Notes under the pieces: model-generated
The model's input: the letters and a program-made list of their open reading frames with translations, nothing else
Databases searched by the model: none
What the model was told of the DNA's origin: nothing
Translations under genes and position numbers: made by a program
Assembly: GCA_028023455.1 (NCBI GenBank)
Contig: JAQFVV010000005.1
Location: forward strand, 22,382,001-22,446,000
Source: Epiperipatus broadwayi
Lineage: Eukaryota > Animalia > Onychophora
Reading direction: 5' to 3'
Length of the DNA: 64,000 nucleotides
Part shown: positions 63,000 to 64,000 of the stretch, piece after piece
Position numbering within the stretch: position 1 is the stretch's first letter
How the letters are laid out: every line of letters begins with the position of its first letter

Positions 63000-63745
63000 T
63001 ATTGCGGTGCGATGTACTGTCTCCTTATACAGAGTCAGTAATCTCTGCCACTATGCCCAGAGAAACCTGTTGGCCACTTTACTTTCACTTTCCATTTCCT
63101 GCCCTAAGTTTTTCCATATTCTTCTCTATCCTGCTCCATCCCATTTCCACAACATAATCTTTGTCAACTCCATGACCTTTATATCTAAATTCCCCTTTTT
63201 GCCAAACTCAACATAAAAACCAATAACCCACATTCTGTATAATCACTTTGTTTATATTTATTTTTTCACAACTTCATTATTTGTACTCTTTCTGCTTTCA
63301 GGAAATTACATTCAATTAACAGATGCCTAATATTTTCTATGCCTTCCTTACACAACTTGCAGACTAAATCACCCACATTTTTCCATCTATGTGTATATTT
63401 CCTTGTTGCTAAAGATCCTGTTCGAGCCTTAAACCATAAACTATTTTTCTTTCTATTATCATAAATTAACTGTCACCCAATATTTTGTTTACTTCTATAT
63501 ATATTTAAACTCTTTTTACTCTCCATACTAGTTCTCCATCTCTCCAACTCCCTATTCTTTATTAATGCATCTATTCTTCTATCCCTTTCCTTACCACTAT
63601 AATACTCATCAATTCTCCTAATACAATAATCTCACCTTTTGTATAAGTATACTGATATAAATTCTTTATCCAAATCTTCTGCATACCGTACTGTCTTTCT
63701 CACCCATCTTGACACTTTCCCTTTACTCATAACCCAATTAAATAC
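63000..63745 (-). mobile_element. Decayed LINE ORF2 fragment (same family as 1-330)
   Basis: 63570-63745 aligns with window positions ~1-150; the pyrimidine-rich + strand continues upstream. Confidence 0.6.
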
Positions 63746-63957
63746 TGTTGTTAATGAAACCATTTATGCTTCCTCTATTAGTTCTTTATTTAACTAAGAT
63801 CTAAGATGCTGTATAATAGCTAAATTTTTAATTATAAACTATGACAATATAAAGTTTATGGGATTAGTTTTAGGGTAATCCCTCTTCACCAGTTGCTAAA
63901 TCCTAACATCACTAACCACAAATAAGAATAAGTTTAAATCTTCTTTATTTCAAACAG

Positions 63958-63980
63958 ATTTTACTTTATTTCAAAGGTGA
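63958..63980 (+). CDS. Possible terminal coding exon (DFTLFQR-stop)
   Basis: TCTTCTTTATTTCAAACAG acceptor; phase 1 reading gives D F T L F Q R TGA. An alternative AG at 63975-63976 gives G E G stop. At the window edge and unverified. Confidence 0.35.
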
Positions 63981-64000
63981 AGGATGAAGACATACATTAT

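Noticed and set aside
1-64000. CRISPR arrays, rRNA, prokaryotic operons, and the remaining short ORFs of the track
   Set aside because: The sequence is eukaryotic intronic DNA. No repeat-spacer arrays or rRNA were seen, and the other 60-120 aa ORFs are AT-rich chance frames or antisense to the elements above.

Overview
Very AT-rich eukaryotic (probably arthropod) DNA covering most of one large + strand gene. I can trace 15 exons that each encode one EGF-like domain, plus a 9-nt microexon, a 39-nt Ser/Thr/Pro exon and a possible stop-containing last exon. All internal exons are symmetric phase 1-1. The introns hold a young but defective Ty3/Gypsy LTR retrotransposon (11681-16244), decayed RTE, CR1/L2-like and hAT remnants, and the endonuclease tail of a Penelope-like element (PLE). 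The most striking pattern is a dozen or more small fold-back insertions from several unrelated sequence families that share one signature: an inverted arm starting at a fixed point, a 24-50 nt unpaired 3' tail, and a 12-15 bp target duplication. Most carry minimal type I hammerhead ribozyme motifs, including an apparent A3-U8 core variant. One family is a ~332-337 bp unit inserted as head-to-tail concatemers plus an inversion. Its two subfamilies are only roughly 60-65% identical by eye, yet keep the same helices and one identical breakpoint, and I find no canonical ribozyme in them. That makes it a candidate retrozyme-like circular RNA with an unrecognised processing motif. All alignments, identities and folds were done by eye.
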